Shown piece after piece: positions 1-9,277 of a DNA stretch of 44,916 nucleotides. The stretch is taken from contig DAOVUF010000001.1 of NCBI GenBank assembly GCA_030632725.1, positions 1 through 44,916 of the forward strand, given 5' to 3'. This DNA is from Gammaproteobacteria bacterium (GTDB lineage Bacteria; Pseudomonadota; Gammaproteobacteria; Beggiatoales; Beggiatoaceae). Within the stretch, counting starts at the first letter, position 1, and each line of letters begins with the position of its first letter. The translations under genes were made by a program, and so were the position numbers. A model generated the notes under the pieces. That model was not told the DNA's origin. It saw only the letters and a program-made list of their open reading frames with translations, and did not search any database.

Positions 1-1608
1 AGATTGAACAATATTTTCTGCATGATCTGGATTTTCCTCTGGCATACCACAAACACAAAAATAAGCATCACCAATCGTTTTAATACGCTCACATTGATAG
101 ATTTCGATGATATTATCAAAAGTCGTAAAAATATTGTTCAATTCAGAAATCACCGTTTTAGCTTTTAACTGAGAAGATAAATTAGTAAATCCAACAATAT
201 CTGAAAAATAAATCGTCACATTTTCAAAAGATTCAGGTGCTGTTTTACCTTTTTCTTTCAAATCCTCTGCGACTTTTACTGGTAAAATATTTAAGAGTAA
301 TTCATCAGATTTCGCTTTTTCCAATTCAAGCGTTGCATTCGCTTTCTTTTTTGAGCGATAAAGATAAAACATAACAAATGCCACAATAAAAACAAAGAAA
401 AATCCCCCAAATAGAAAATTTCTCTGCAACGTTTGTCTATCCAAATCTAACTGTTTAATGTCATTATCTTTCTTTAAAAGCACTATTTCCTTTTCTTTTT
501 TTTCCATTTCGTAAATGACTTGTATGTTAGCCACTTTTTGAATTCTTTTTTTATTGAAAATCTGGCTATTGAGTTCAGAAGAACGCTTGTAGTAATCAAG
601 GGCTTTTTGATAGTTCCCCAATGCAACATATAGATTGGAAAGAAATACATAATTTTCTTGAACCAGTGCTTTGGCATCAAGTTTTTTGGCTAATCTCAAT
701 GCGGATTTAAGATATGATAATGCGATCTTATAATCTCGCAAAATGGTATAAAGTTCCCCAATGTTATTTGAGACATTGGCAATCTCATATTCGTTGCCAA
801 TTTTTTTCCATTTCTTTATTGATTTTTTATAATATTCCAACGCATTATCGTTATTGCCCAATTCCTTATAGATGAGCCCAACATTATTTAAAGCCTTGGC
901 AATTCCCTTTTTATCATCAAGTTCTTCCTGTATTTTCAAGGATTTCAAATAATATTCTTTGGCTTTTTTATAATCTTTTGTGAAATAATGAATAATGCCA
1001 ATACTATTAAAAGATTCGGCAATCCCTTCTTTATCACCGATTTTTTTTCGTATATCTCTGGCTTTAAAATGATTTTCTAGGGCAGGCCAGTAACGCTTTA
1101 ATAAATCATAAGTAGTGCCAATATTATGATAAGCGTCAGCAATTCCTTTTTCGTTGCCAATGTATTCAAAAATTCTCAGTGATTTCAAACAATGATCTAA
1201 TGCTTTGTCGTAATTATCTAATTTCCAATAAACAATGCAAACATTGAGCAAAGGCTCAGCAAATTCTTTTTTTTCAGCTTCTATTTCTTCAAGTAGATTA
1301 AGTGATTGCCGGAAATAGTCTAAAGCCTTAGCATTTTTGCCATTCGCTTTAGAAACCTTTCCCATTTGATTTAAAATCTTCGCTTTTTTTAAAGCATCAC
1401 CAGCCTGTTCAGCCAATTGTAATGCTTGTTCACCATACGCTATCTTTTCAGGCAATGTGATTTTTTTGCTATCTATTAGTTGAATTAACAGAATTATTTT
1501 TTCATCATCATCAGCGTTTTGTAATTGAGCTTCTAAACTATCAGTCTTATTTGCATAAGAGTTTGATGATAAACAAGTTAAAATTAAGAAATATTTGAGT
1601 ATTTTCAT
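1..1608 (-). CDS. TPR-repeat sensor / class III adenylate-guanylate cyclase, 3' end truncated by window edge (first 536 codons)
   Basis: Not in the ORF track because it is open at the edge. ATG at 1608..1606, uninterrupted frame to nt 1 (1608 = 536 codons). My translation: signal peptide MKILKYFLILTCLSSNSYA, about 8 TPR-like units (GIADAYHNIGTTY, GIAESFNSIGIIH, GIAKALNNVGLIY, EIANVSNNIGELY). Then a TM helix FLFGGFFFVFIVAFVMFYLY and cyclase motifs TIYFSDIVGFT and RIKTIGDAYFCVCG. Confidence 0.85.
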   Translation of the reverse strand, partial: MKILKYFLILTCLSSNSYANKTDSLEAQLQNADDDEKIILLIQLIDSKKITLPEKIAYGEQALQLAEQAGDALKKAKILNQMGKVSKANGKNAKALDYFRQSLNLLEEIEAEKKEFAEPLLNVCIVYWKLDNYDKALDHCLKSLRIFEYIGNEKGIADAYHNIGTTYDLLKRYWPALENHFKARDIRKKIGDKEGIAESFNSIGIIHYFTKDYKKAKEYYLKSLKIQEELDDKKGIAKALNNVGLIYKELGNNDNALEYYKKSIKKWKKIGNEYEIANVSNNIGELYTILRDYKIALSYLKSALRLAKKLDAKALVQENYVFLSNLYVALGNYQKALDYYKRSSELNSQIFNKKRIQKVANIQVIYEMEKKEKEIVLLKKDNDIKQLDLDRQTLQRNFLFGGFFFVFIVAFVMFYLYRSKKKANATLELEKAKSDELLLNILPVKVAEDLKEKGKTAPESFENVTIYFSDIVGFTNLSSQLKAKTVISELNNIFTTFDNIIEIYQCERIKTIGDAYFCVCGMPEENPDHAENIVQS

Positions 1609-1715
1609 AATGACAAATCACCTTTTTAATCTTTAAGTTTATAATGAAAAATGCGAATGGATTTTTTGAATAAACATGTTTAAAATCAATAGTTTAAAAT
1701 TATTTGGCGTTTATC

Positions 1716-1825
1716 GGAGTACAACGCTTCAGCTTTGGCGATTTAATATCACGGTTCCAAAGCTAAAGCGTCCCAGAAAATGCCCAAAGCTGAAGCGTTG
1801 GACTCCAGAAAATGCCCAAAGCTAA
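1716..1825. repeat. Family A 23-mer repeats (GGAGTmCAACGCTTyAGCTTTGG), 4 copies in both orientations
   Basis: ggagtacaacgcttcagctttgg at 1716, then inverted copies ccaaagctaaagcg / cccaaagctgaagcgttggactcc. The same unit recurs at more than 10 loci in the window. Confidence 0.9.
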
Positions 1826-1870
1826 TTAACTTTCAGAGGATGTGACCTCAATTTGATGTAGATAATACTA

Positions 1871-1956
1871 ATGTAGGGTGGGCAACAAAAGGACGTTGCC
1901 CACCTAACCTTATAAATGTAAATGGTGGGCAAGAAAAAGACCTTGCCCACCCTACA
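1871..1956. repeat. Family C2 palindromic element pair (GTAGGGTGGGCAAC...GTTGCCCACC)
   Basis: atgtagggtgggcaacaaaaggacgttgcccacc ... ggtgggcaagaaaaagaccttgcccaccctaca. Related copies at 29688, 31111, 34908-35101 and 35341. Confidence 0.85.
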
Positions 1957-2111
1957 AAAAAAACTAAAACCTCGAACTCCATTATATCCGATAATTTTTG
2001 CTTTGCTACTTAGGGTTAACCAACCCCAACGGGGTTGAAACGTGAATAGCCACCGATTTCATCGGTGGAACTCTAAAACCTCAGAGATTTGAATCCGAGA
2101 ATTGATTCCAA

Positions 2112-3986
2112 CTATTTTTCTGAACATCTATAAGAACCTTTAAGGGAATTTTTACTTTCATTCAATTCGGGTACAATGTTTTTCAAAAGCGTTTTAATTT
2201 CCTTTTCACTATAATTATCACAAGCCTCCGCTATTTTTTTTAAAATGTCATTCAAATGCGCCCAGTCATTACTACGATGTTCTGCGAGTAAAATTTTAGC
2301 ATGAGTTGTTTTACCCAATTTTTCTTCGGCATGAAATAATTCTTCATATAACTTTTCACCTGGACGCAAACCTGTATAAATAATTCTAACATTTTTATTG
2401 TGTATTTTCCCTGATAAGCGTATCATCTGTTCTGCCAAATATTTGATTTTAATAGGTTGCCCCATATCCAACACAAAAATTTCCCCACCTTTTCCCATTG
2501 CGCCTGATTGTAAAATCAACTGGCACGCTTCGGGAATCGTCATAAAATACCGACTGATATCAGGATGAGTAACGGTGACGGGCCCCCCTTTTGCAATTTG
2601 TGCTTTAAAAAGGGGTATAACGCTGCCAGCAGAATTTAATACATTTCCAAAGCGCACTGTAATAAAATGGGTTTTGCTCTGTTCATTCATGGCTTGACAA
2701 ATCATTTCAGCAGTGCGTTTAGTTGCACCCATAATGCTTGTCGGATTAACCGCTTTATCGGTAGAAATCATGACAAAAGTTTGACAGTTTTGAGCCGCAG
2801 CGGCTTGAGCTAAAATTTGGGTGCCTAAGATATTATTACGAGCCGCTTCTCTGGCTTGCGGTTGCAACAAAGGAACATGTTTATAAGCCGCCGCATGAAA
2901 TATCACATTGGGAGAATAACATTCTAAAAGATGACGCATTGCCACCATATCAACAATATCACCTAAATGGGCGTGTAAAACCAAATCAGGAAATGTTTGG
3001 CGTAATTGCATCTCAATTTTATACAAATTAAATTCACAGCGTTCCACAATGACAAGGCTTGTGGGATTTAAACGCGCAATTTGTCGGCATAATTCAGCAC
3101 CGATTGAGCCACCACCACCACTCACCATCACCACTTTGTGGCGTAAACCCGCTTCGATAACTTGCCAATCTAACTGTACTTTTGCACGCCCTAATAAATC
3201 ATCAATAGCCACGTCATGTAAGGCACTCAGTTCGACGTGGAGATTGACGATATTATCCAATTTGGGCAAAGTACGCACAGGCACCGGTACTAATTCACAT
3301 AATTCCACAATGCGGCGCATTTGTTCATCAGTCGCTGAAGGCATTGCGATGATAATCAAATCAATGGCTAAGGATTCGACCAGTTCGGACAATTTATCAA
3401 CACCCCCAAACACTGGAATACCTTGTACTTTACCACCGTGCAAACGCGGTTGATCATCTAAAAAACAAACCGGCAGATAACCGCACGCACTGCGTAGCAT
3501 ATCGCGCACTAACATATCACCAGATGTACCTGCCCCAATGACAAGCACTCGTTGATATTCTGTTTCACCCGTTAATAAGAATTTAAAGGAATGTTCATGC
3601 CATAACCGATATAATAAACGGGGCATTCCCAGTAAGAAAGTTAAGAAGAAGGGATAAAACAGCAAAGAAGAACGTGGAATCAGTTCTAAACGATTAAATA
3701 AAACGAGTATCAAGACAATGGCGAGTGTACCAATGATAACCGTGCGTAAAATTGTAACCAAATCGGGCATACTGGTTAGTCGCCAAATGCCTTGATATAA
3801 GCCGCCATACCATAACACAATACTTTGTACTATCATCACAATAGGCAAAACCTGCCAAAGGACTGTTTGAACTTCTGGAAATAATGGCCACTCGTAGCGA
3901 ACAATAATGGCTAATGCCCATGCAAGGGCAACCATACAAATATCGTGTAAAAGGATGGGGAAGCGGTGTGAGCATGGGTGGTACAT
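2112..3986 (-). CDS. Membrane-anchored nucleotide-sugar 4,6-dehydratase/epimerase (CapD / WbpM / PglF family polysaccharide biosynthesis protein)
   Basis: N-terminal TM helices, then two Rossmann regions (VLVIGAGTSG; VMVSGGGGSIGAELCRQI) and STDKAVNPTSIMGATKR, typical of CapD/WbpM. The track start at 4028 is an alternative codon. The ATG at 3986 (MYHPCSHRF...) is the more likely start. Confidence 0.85.
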   Translation of the reverse strand: MYHPCSHRFPILLHDICMVALAWALAIIVRYEWPLFPEVQTVLWQVLPIVMIVQSIVLWYGGLYQGIWRLTSMPDLVTILRTVIIGTLAIVLILVLFNRLELIPRSSLLFYPFFLTFLLGMPRLLYRLWHEHSFKFLLTGETEYQRVLVIGAGTSGDMLVRDMLRSACGYLPVCFLDDQPRLHGGKVQGIPVFGGVDKLSELVESLAIDLIIIAMPSATDEQMRRIVELCELVPVPVRTLPKLDNIVNLHVELSALHDVAIDDLLGRAKVQLDWQVIEAGLRHKVVMVSGGGGSIGAELCRQIARLNPTSLVIVERCEFNLYKIEMQLRQTFPDLVLHAHLGDIVDMVAMRHLLECYSPNVIFHAAAYKHVPLLQPQAREAARNNILGTQILAQAAAAQNCQTFVMISTDKAVNPTSIMGATKRTAEMICQAMNEQSKTHFITVRFGNVLNSAGSVIPLFKAQIAKGGPVTVTHPDISRYFMTIPEACQLILQSGAMGKGGEIFVLDMGQPIKIKYLAEQMIRLSGKIHNKNVRIIYTGLRPGEKLYEELFHAEEKLGKTTHAKILLAEHRSNDWAHLNDILKKIAEACDNYSEKEIKTLLKNIVPELNESKNSLKGSYRCSEK

Positions 3987-4030
3987 GTTTTTTTTTGTGA
4001 ATTTTGATTGATTGGAATGATAAAACACCT

Positions 4031-4187
4031 ACTCAGGGCAACCATAAAGGATTGCCCTTACAACAATATTCGTTACTACTCAGGGCAACCACAAGGGATT
4101 GCCCCTACATAAGAATATTTTCGTCAGTCTTTCTTCATAAGAATATTGTTGTAGGGGCAATCCCTTGTGGTTGCCCTGAGTTGTTAC
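4031..4187. mobile_element. Family B MITE (TIR ...CTCAGGGCAACCAyAAGGATTGCCCCTAC / GTAGGGGCAATCCCTTGTGGTTGCCCTGAG)
   Basis: Inverted terminal repeats are visible directly, with an extra internal half-copy. It forms the left bracket of the 4219-6626 islet. The track ORF 4004..4201 is a translation of this repeat. Confidence 0.85.
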
Positions 4188-4218
4188 AAACACAAATTTG
4201 ATGTCCGAAAACTTGAAA

Positions 4219-4773
4219 TTATCGTTTTCTTTTACCTTTCGTTTTTTTTGGAATACCTCTTAAAAAATCACCAAATTCATCTTGATTTTTCAAGTTCTTC
4301 CTTTGGATAATAGTCACATTATCTGGTTGAAACACTTTTAACAAATCTCGTTGATATTTCTGATGTTCTTGTAGTGACGAACCACCTGCTGTAACAATGC
4401 AAGCTTTAGGTATATATTTTAATCTGAAATGTCGCTTAAAATGCTTGTAGGTATTTATCACTTGTTTAGTGGCTTTACCTAAATCTTTAATATTATCCTT
4501 CAACTCTACGAAACAAAAAACGCGCTCATCTCCTTTGGCGTAAAATACGAGCAAATCACAAATACTTTCGCCCTTTTGATTTCCATATAATTTTTGACGT
4601 AGATGACAGTCAGGATTCGATTGATCATCTATATGGAAAAAGAGTATCGTTTCAGCCGCTTGTGGTTTTACCCAAACTGATGCTTTGCTTTCATCACAAC
4701 GAGTTTCACCTGTCAGTAAACAGGGGGTTAAGAGTAATGTTTCAAGAAGCGAACTATTTTCAGAATAGGGCAT
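4219..4773 (-). CDS. 184-aa hypothetical protein with PD-(D/E)xK-like motif and basic tail; putative nuclease partner of the upstream ATPase
   Basis: The track start at 4788 is a TTG. An ATG at 4773 is preceded by TGAGGAAAC, a GAGGA SD overlapping the ATPase stop codon. Motif ICDLLVFYAKGDERVFCFVELKD (D, then ExK about 17 aa later in a beta-hairpin-like context). C-terminal tail GIPKKTKGKRKR. I recognise no homologue, so the function is inferred. Confidence 0.6.
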   Translation of the reverse strand: MPYSENSSLLETLLLTPCLLTGETRCDESKASVWVKPQAAETILFFHIDDQSNPDCHLRQKLYGNQKGESICDLLVFYAKGDERVFCFVELKDNIKDLGKATKQVINTYKHFKRHFRLKYIPKACIVTAGGSSLQEHQKYQRDLLKVFQPDNVTIIQRKNLKNQDEFGDFLRGIPKKTKGKRKR

Positions 4774-4784
4774 TATCTGTTTCC

Positions 4785-6185
4785 TCAATCTATCATAGTG
4801 AGTACTTGAGAATAGATATGAGAAACATCGGAAGAGACATTAGCAAAAGTACTCCAATCTATAACTCCCTTTTCATCAACAATATTTCTTGCAGTGCTAT
4901 TTTCAAATAAATAAATCGACACTTGTTCTTGTGGAATAAACGCATCAGTTCGTTCTAAATAAAACCGTTCTTTAATGTCATTCTTATTTTCATGTTTAGC
5001 CGCTTGCATGAGATTTGCTATATGATCAACAATATAAGGGCTATGGGTTGTAATAAGAACACGTAAACCGGCATTAACCAACATAGCTAAAAATTCAATC
5101 AATTCAACTTGAGCGGCGGGGTGCAAGTTCATTTCTGGCTCATCAATGATAATCCAATCGTTTGGTTCAGCCAAATAACGCAAATAAAGGACTAATGGGG
5201 CGAGTTCCTTTATCATTGAAGAAACAAGGGGTATTTCTAATTTGACGTTTTCAGTGGTTTGAAAAAACAATTCCTTTTGTAATCCTGATGTGTCAAAATC
5301 GACATTGCCCCGTAAAATCTCTGTTTCTAAAAATTCAGCCAATTTGACATAATCCGATATTTTTGGATTATTAGTGATTTGTTCTTTCCGAACCGCTGGA
5401 CTTTTAAAGGCTGCCCTCATAATCATTTTTAAAAAACGCTCAACAGGTTCAACCATTCTTCCAGATTCTGTTTCTAAGTTTTCATCTTCTTCAACGCTTT
5501 TTTCCTTGAATTTGAAAGTGCTTAGGGGAAAAGTAATAAAAGTCGTTCTTTCAGTAGGAAAAACGTAGGCATTATAATAGAAGGCTCTTTGAATAATTTG
5601 AAATAATTGCAAACCAACAAATTTTTTTACTGCTCGTTCAGGTAGCTTTTTCAATATTTCACCCTCAGAGTAAAAATATAAAATCGCTTTCCCCGATTCT
5701 TTAAACGCATTAATAAGGGCCTTTTTGCTCTGTGAGCCAAAAGACAATTTTTTATCCACTGTTGTTGCAGTTATTTTATCTAAAAATGCGGTTTTGATCG
5801 CCGCTAAATCAATCTGCAATCGCAAATCATCAAAATTGACTCGCCTTGTTGCCATAAATGTTGGCATCCAAGCGGCTGCAAGACGAGCGACATCATTGAT
5901 ATAGGTTTCCGCATAATCATTAGCAAATTGTACCACATCAATTTGGGCGTTTCCTTCGGCAAGCAACTGTTTAATAGCATTATCTAAAGGCGGATATGTC
6001 TTTTGTGTTTTACCATTGAAATAAGCTGTCAGGTACTTATCATATCCATAAGGACCAAAAATAGCGGATAAAGTATAAGCAGCCCAGGTTTTACCCGTAC
6101 CGTTTTCACCAATAAAAACAGTTAAAGGCTTTAAATCAATAGTAGCTTTGTCAATTGCCCCTAAATGGCTAATTGAAATTTTCAT
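4785..6185 (-). CDS. Split ABC/SMC-like (OLD / AAA_15-AAA_21 type) ATPase
   Basis: Walker A FIGENGTGKTW, about 300-aa helical insert, signature-like VSSMIKELAP, Walker B/D-loop DWIIIDEPEMNLHP, H-loop LITTHSPYIV. The track start (6215) is a TTG. ATGs at 6191 and 6185 follow AGGAGAA, and 6185 (MKISISHL...) has the better spacing. Confidence 0.8.
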   Translation of the reverse strand: MKISISHLGAIDKATIDLKPLTVFIGENGTGKTWAAYTLSAIFGPYGYDKYLTAYFNGKTQKTYPPLDNAIKQLLAEGNAQIDVVQFANDYAETYINDVARLAAAWMPTFMATRRVNFDDLRLQIDLAAIKTAFLDKITATTVDKKLSFGSQSKKALINAFKESGKAILYFYSEGEILKKLPERAVKKFVGLQLFQIIQRAFYYNAYVFPTERTTFITFPLSTFKFKEKSVEEDENLETESGRMVEPVERFLKMIMRAAFKSPAVRKEQITNNPKISDYVKLAEFLETEILRGNVDFDTSGLQKELFFQTTENVKLEIPLVSSMIKELAPLVLYLRYLAEPNDWIIIDEPEMNLHPAAQVELIEFLAMLVNAGLRVLITTHSPYIVDHIANLMQAAKHENKNDIKERFYLERTDAFIPQEQVSIYLFENSTARNIVDEKGVIDWSTFANVSSDVSHIYSQVLTMID

Positions 6186-6249
6186 TGCCATTTTCTCCTG
6201 TGCTAAAAAATTCAATCTTTTCTGTTTTCGATGTTCAAATTCTTCATAC

Positions 6250-6626
6250 TCATGTTTTACATCCCGTCAAGTCATCTAGTGGTTCATTAAAATCATCAGA
6301 CATCCAAACTGAGTCTTTGGCAGTATCTAATTGTCTTGGTGATGTATTTGAAATGGATGGTGAATGACTAACGGCAGATTGCGTGATGGAAACCGGCGAA
6401 AGTATGGCTACCGGATTTCCAGCGGTTGTAATAAAAACGAGTTGTCCGTTGGTAATGGTATTCGTAACTACTCAGGGCAACCATAAAGGATTGCCCCTAC
6501 AAGAATATTCTTATGTTGAGTGACGAAAATCTTCTGATGTAGGGGCAATCCCTTGTGGTTGCCTGAGTAGTAACTGGTATTCATCAGTTCACTTGATAAT
6601 TTCGCTTTTAAAATCAACTGTATGCA
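6250..6626 (-). pseudogene. Phd/YefM-like antitoxin gene split by a family B MITE
   Basis: Removing 6464-6574 plus one copy of the 8-bp duplication TGGTATTC gives a continuous frame. It reads (L)ILKAKLSSELMNTITNGQLVFITTAGNPVAILSPV...DSVWMSDDFNEPLDDLTGCKT*, stop at 6250-6252. As it stands, the frame breaks inside the MITE. There is also a possible second frameshift near the 5' end (MMHTVDFKSEIIK* in another frame). Confidence 0.65.
6464..6574. mobile_element. Family B MITE with 8-bp target-site duplication TGGTATTC
   Basis: TIRs gtaactactcagggcaacc / ggttgcctgagtagtaac. Identical tggtattc at 6456-6463 and 6575-6582. Confidence 0.9.
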
Positions 6627-6658
6627 TCATTTTTCATCTCCTAATAAAAGAAGTAAAT

Positions 6659-6724
6659 GTAGGGTGGGTAGGAACGAAGTGGCACAAAAAATGGTGGGTT
6701 TCGCTATTGCTCTACCCACCCTAC
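6659..6724. repeat. Family C palindromic element (GTAGGGTGGGTAGGAACGAAGTGGCAC ... GGTGGGTTTCGC...CTACCCACCCTAC)
   Basis: Direct reading. Copies at 11596, 30405, 42344 and 44737, with a half copy at 40308. Confidence 0.9.
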
Positions 6725-6754
6725 ATTAAAAGACTTTTTGTTCTGTGCCACTTC

Positions 6755-7828
6755 TTAAAACATTTCAACACGACTACCTACATTACAAAGCAATTCATAA
6801 GCAATTGTTTCCGCGAGACTCGCAATTTCTTCCACAGGTAAACTCTTCCCCCATAAAACAACCGGATCGCCAATTCTGGCATTGGGTTGAGTACGCAAAT
6901 CTACCGTTATCATATCCATAGAAACTCGCCCGATGAGCGGAACCCGTCTGCCATTCACCAGTACAGGTGTCCCTGAAGGTGCTTTACGGGGATAGCCGTC
7001 TGCATAACCAATTGCAACAACACCAACCGGCATGTTTTGTGGGGAATGCCAAGCTGCACCATAACCAATCGCTTCACCTTTACGCAATCGCTTGACGCTA
7101 ATGAGGGCAGATTGTAATTGCATAACTGGTTGTAGCCCTTCATCTATTGCTACGCTATTAACAAACGGGGACGCGCCATATAACATAATTCCCGGTCGTA
7201 CCCAATCCGCATGAGTTTGAGGCCATCCCAATATCCCAGCCGAATTAGCTAACGAAGATTCTTCGATATTCAAAGATTGAACAAGTTGATTAAAGATTTC
7301 CGTTTGTTGTTCAGTCATTTTATCTTGACGATCATCAGCACAAGCGAGATGACTCATCAAGTAAATATTTTCAACCTGTTGATTTTGTTTAAGAAATTTA
7401 TAAATCTGTTCAATATCATTGGGTGAAAAGCCTAAACGGTGCATACCTGTATCTACTTTCAACCAGATATGAATAGGCTTTTCCAATTTTGCTTTGACAA
7501 GCTGTTCTAATTGCTTTGACATAGCAATCACTATCTGTAAATCATGATGTGCAATGACAGGCAATTCATCTATGTGGAAAGCACCTTCAAGCAGAACAAT
7601 CGGTTTTTTTATATCCGCGTCGCGTAACTCAAGTGCTTCTTCAAGACAACACACCGCAAAAGCATCAACATTTGATTCCAGTGCATTAGCTACTTTGACT
7701 GCACCATGATTATATGCATTGGCTTTAATGACTGCCATGACGCGCTGTGTTGGCGCACAAGATTTGACGCGCTGCAAATTATTCTGTAGGGCTGCTATAT
7801 CAATAAGTGCATGAGTAGGACGGGCCAT
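6755..7828 (-). CDS. alr: Alanine racemase
   Basis: 357 aa, PLP-lysine context AVIKANAYNHG. It lies immediately downstream of dnaB, as in E. coli (dnaB-alr). Confidence 0.93.
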   Translation of the reverse strand: MARPTHALIDIAALQNNLQRVKSCAPTQRVMAVIKANAYNHGAVKVANALESNVDAFAVCCLEEALELRDADIKKPIVLLEGAFHIDELPVIAHHDLQIVIAMSKQLEQLVKAKLEKPIHIWLKVDTGMHRLGFSPNDIEQIYKFLKQNQQVENIYLMSHLACADDRQDKMTEQQTEIFNQLVQSLNIEESSLANSAGILGWPQTHADWVRPGIMLYGASPFVNSVAIDEGLQPVMQLQSALISVKRLRKGEAIGYGAAWHSPQNMPVGVVAIGYADGYPRKAPSGTPVLVNGRRVPLIGRVSMDMITVDLRTQPNARIGDPVVLWGKSLPVEEIASLAETIAYELLCNVGSRVEMF

Positions 7829-7833
7829 CTTGC

Positions 7834-9228
7834 TTATTCTCCATGATAATAATCATCGGGTGTGTAATTTTCAAATGTGGTGATATTTCCTCTAAAAGAT
7901 AGACGAGTTGTACCTATTGGGCCATTACGTTGTTTAGCAATGATAATTTCAGCTGTACCTTTATCAGGACTGTCTTCGTTATAAACTTCATCTCTGTAGA
8001 TGAAGACAATTAAATCCGCATCTTGCTCCAAAGAACCTGATTCCCTCAAATCTGACATTTTAGGACGTTTATCAGTCCGTTGTTCCAAACTACGGTTTAA
8101 TTGTGATAATGCAACAACCGGCACATTTAATTCTTTGGCTAATGATTTGAGGGAACGCGATATTTCAGAGACTTCGTTGGCACGAGTTTCTTTGTTATTT
8201 GGTACTTGCATCAATTGTAAATAGTCAATGACGACTAAACCTAATTGACCTTGTTCACGCGCCAAACGGCGCACCCTTGTTCGTAGTTCCGCTGGATTTA
8301 AAGCGGGTGTTTCGTCAATAAATAATTGTGCTGCTTCTAGCTGGCTAACAGCCCTGGTGATTTTTAACCATTCATCATCATTAAGTTTACCTGTTCGGAC
8401 ATTTTGCAAACTGACTTCTGCCAAAGATGAAATGAGGCGCATGGCGATTTGCTCATTAGACATTTCCATGCTAAACACGGCAACCGGTACTTTCTGGTTA
8501 ATGGCGACAGATTCGGCGATATTCATGGCGAAACTGGTTTTACCCATAGAAGGACGACCTGCTATAATAATTAAGTCAGATTGTTGTAAGCCAGAAGTTT
8601 CATTATCAAAATCACTAAAGCCTGTTGATATCCCCGTGATCATACCTTCTTGTTGAGAAAGTATATCTATGCGATCCAGTGTTTCATTTAAAATCTTATC
8701 AATTTTGAGAAAGCCAGTTTGACCATGCGCTCCAATTTCTGCAATTTCAAAAACTTGTTTTTCTGCATGATCAAGTAATTGCGTAGTTGTGCGGCCCTGT
8801 GTATTAGAAGTACTCCTAGCAATTTCTGTACCCACGCGCATTAGTTGACGCAAAATGGAACGATCTCGCACAATCTCTGCATAAGCAACAATGTTTGCAG
8901 CACTGGGTGTATTGCTTGCGAGTAAACCTAAGTAAGCACCGCCGCCAATAGCCGCCAGTTTGTCGTGCTTTTGCAGCCATTCTGATAAAGTGACCGGATC
9001 ACAAGGATGCCCTTCTTCAGAAAGTGATTTGATGGCAGTAAAAAGTGTTTGATGTTCAGGGAGGTAAAAGTCCTTTTCAAGCAATTGATCAGCAATAGAA
9101 ATCCATGCTTCATTATCAAGCATCAAGCCGCCTAATACGGATTGTTCAGCTTCTTTTGAAAAGGGTAGAGTTTTGATGGATTCTACGGCAAGATCGGGGG
9201 GGGCAGTGGAATAAGTTGGCTCCTGCAT
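7834..9228 (-). CDS. dnaB: Replicative DNA helicase DnaB
   Basis: 464 aa. PFSKEAEQSVLGGLMLDN N-terminal motif, Walker A GRPSMGKTSFAMN, Walker B VVIDYLQLM, SQLNRSLEQR. Normal length, so no intein. Confidence 0.95.
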   Translation of the reverse strand: MQEPTYSTAPPDLAVESIKTLPFSKEAEQSVLGGLMLDNEAWISIADQLLEKDFYLPEHQTLFTAIKSLSEEGHPCDPVTLSEWLQKHDKLAAIGGGAYLGLLASNTPSAANIVAYAEIVRDRSILRQLMRVGTEIARSTSNTQGRTTTQLLDHAEKQVFEIAEIGAHGQTGFLKIDKILNETLDRIDILSQQEGMITGISTGFSDFDNETSGLQQSDLIIIAGRPSMGKTSFAMNIAESVAINQKVPVAVFSMEMSNEQIAMRLISSLAEVSLQNVRTGKLNDDEWLKITRAVSQLEAAQLFIDETPALNPAELRTRVRRLAREQGQLGLVVIDYLQLMQVPNNKETRANEVSEISRSLKSLAKELNVPVVALSQLNRSLEQRTDKRPKMSDLRESGSLEQDADLIVFIYRDEVYNEDSPDKGTAEIIIAKQRNGPIGTTRLSFRGNITTFENYTPDDYYHGE

Positions 9229-9277
9229 AGAAGCATTTTATGTCTTGAGAAAATATGGATTTTCCAACGCAATACCT

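Noticed and set aside
483-680. 65-aa track ORF at the left end
   Set aside because: It is out of frame with, and nested inside, the 536-codon TPR-cyclase ORF that is open to the window edge.
2009-2041. CRISPR-repeat-like sequence cttagggttaaccaaccccaacggggttgaaac (ends in GTTGAAAC)
   Set aside because: It is a single copy in the window, with no spacer-repeat periodicity and no cas genes. At most it is a solitary degenerate repeat, and it cannot be supported.
3049-3975. Track ORFs 3049..3453 (+) and 3694..3975 (-) within the capD-like gene. Similar nested ORFs occur in dnaB (8000, 8357, 8928), the M18 peptidase gene, the clp-like gene, the ABC exporter, modC and modB.
   Set aside because: They are nested antisense or alternate-frame ORFs inside confidently identified conserved genes. 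No independent support exists.
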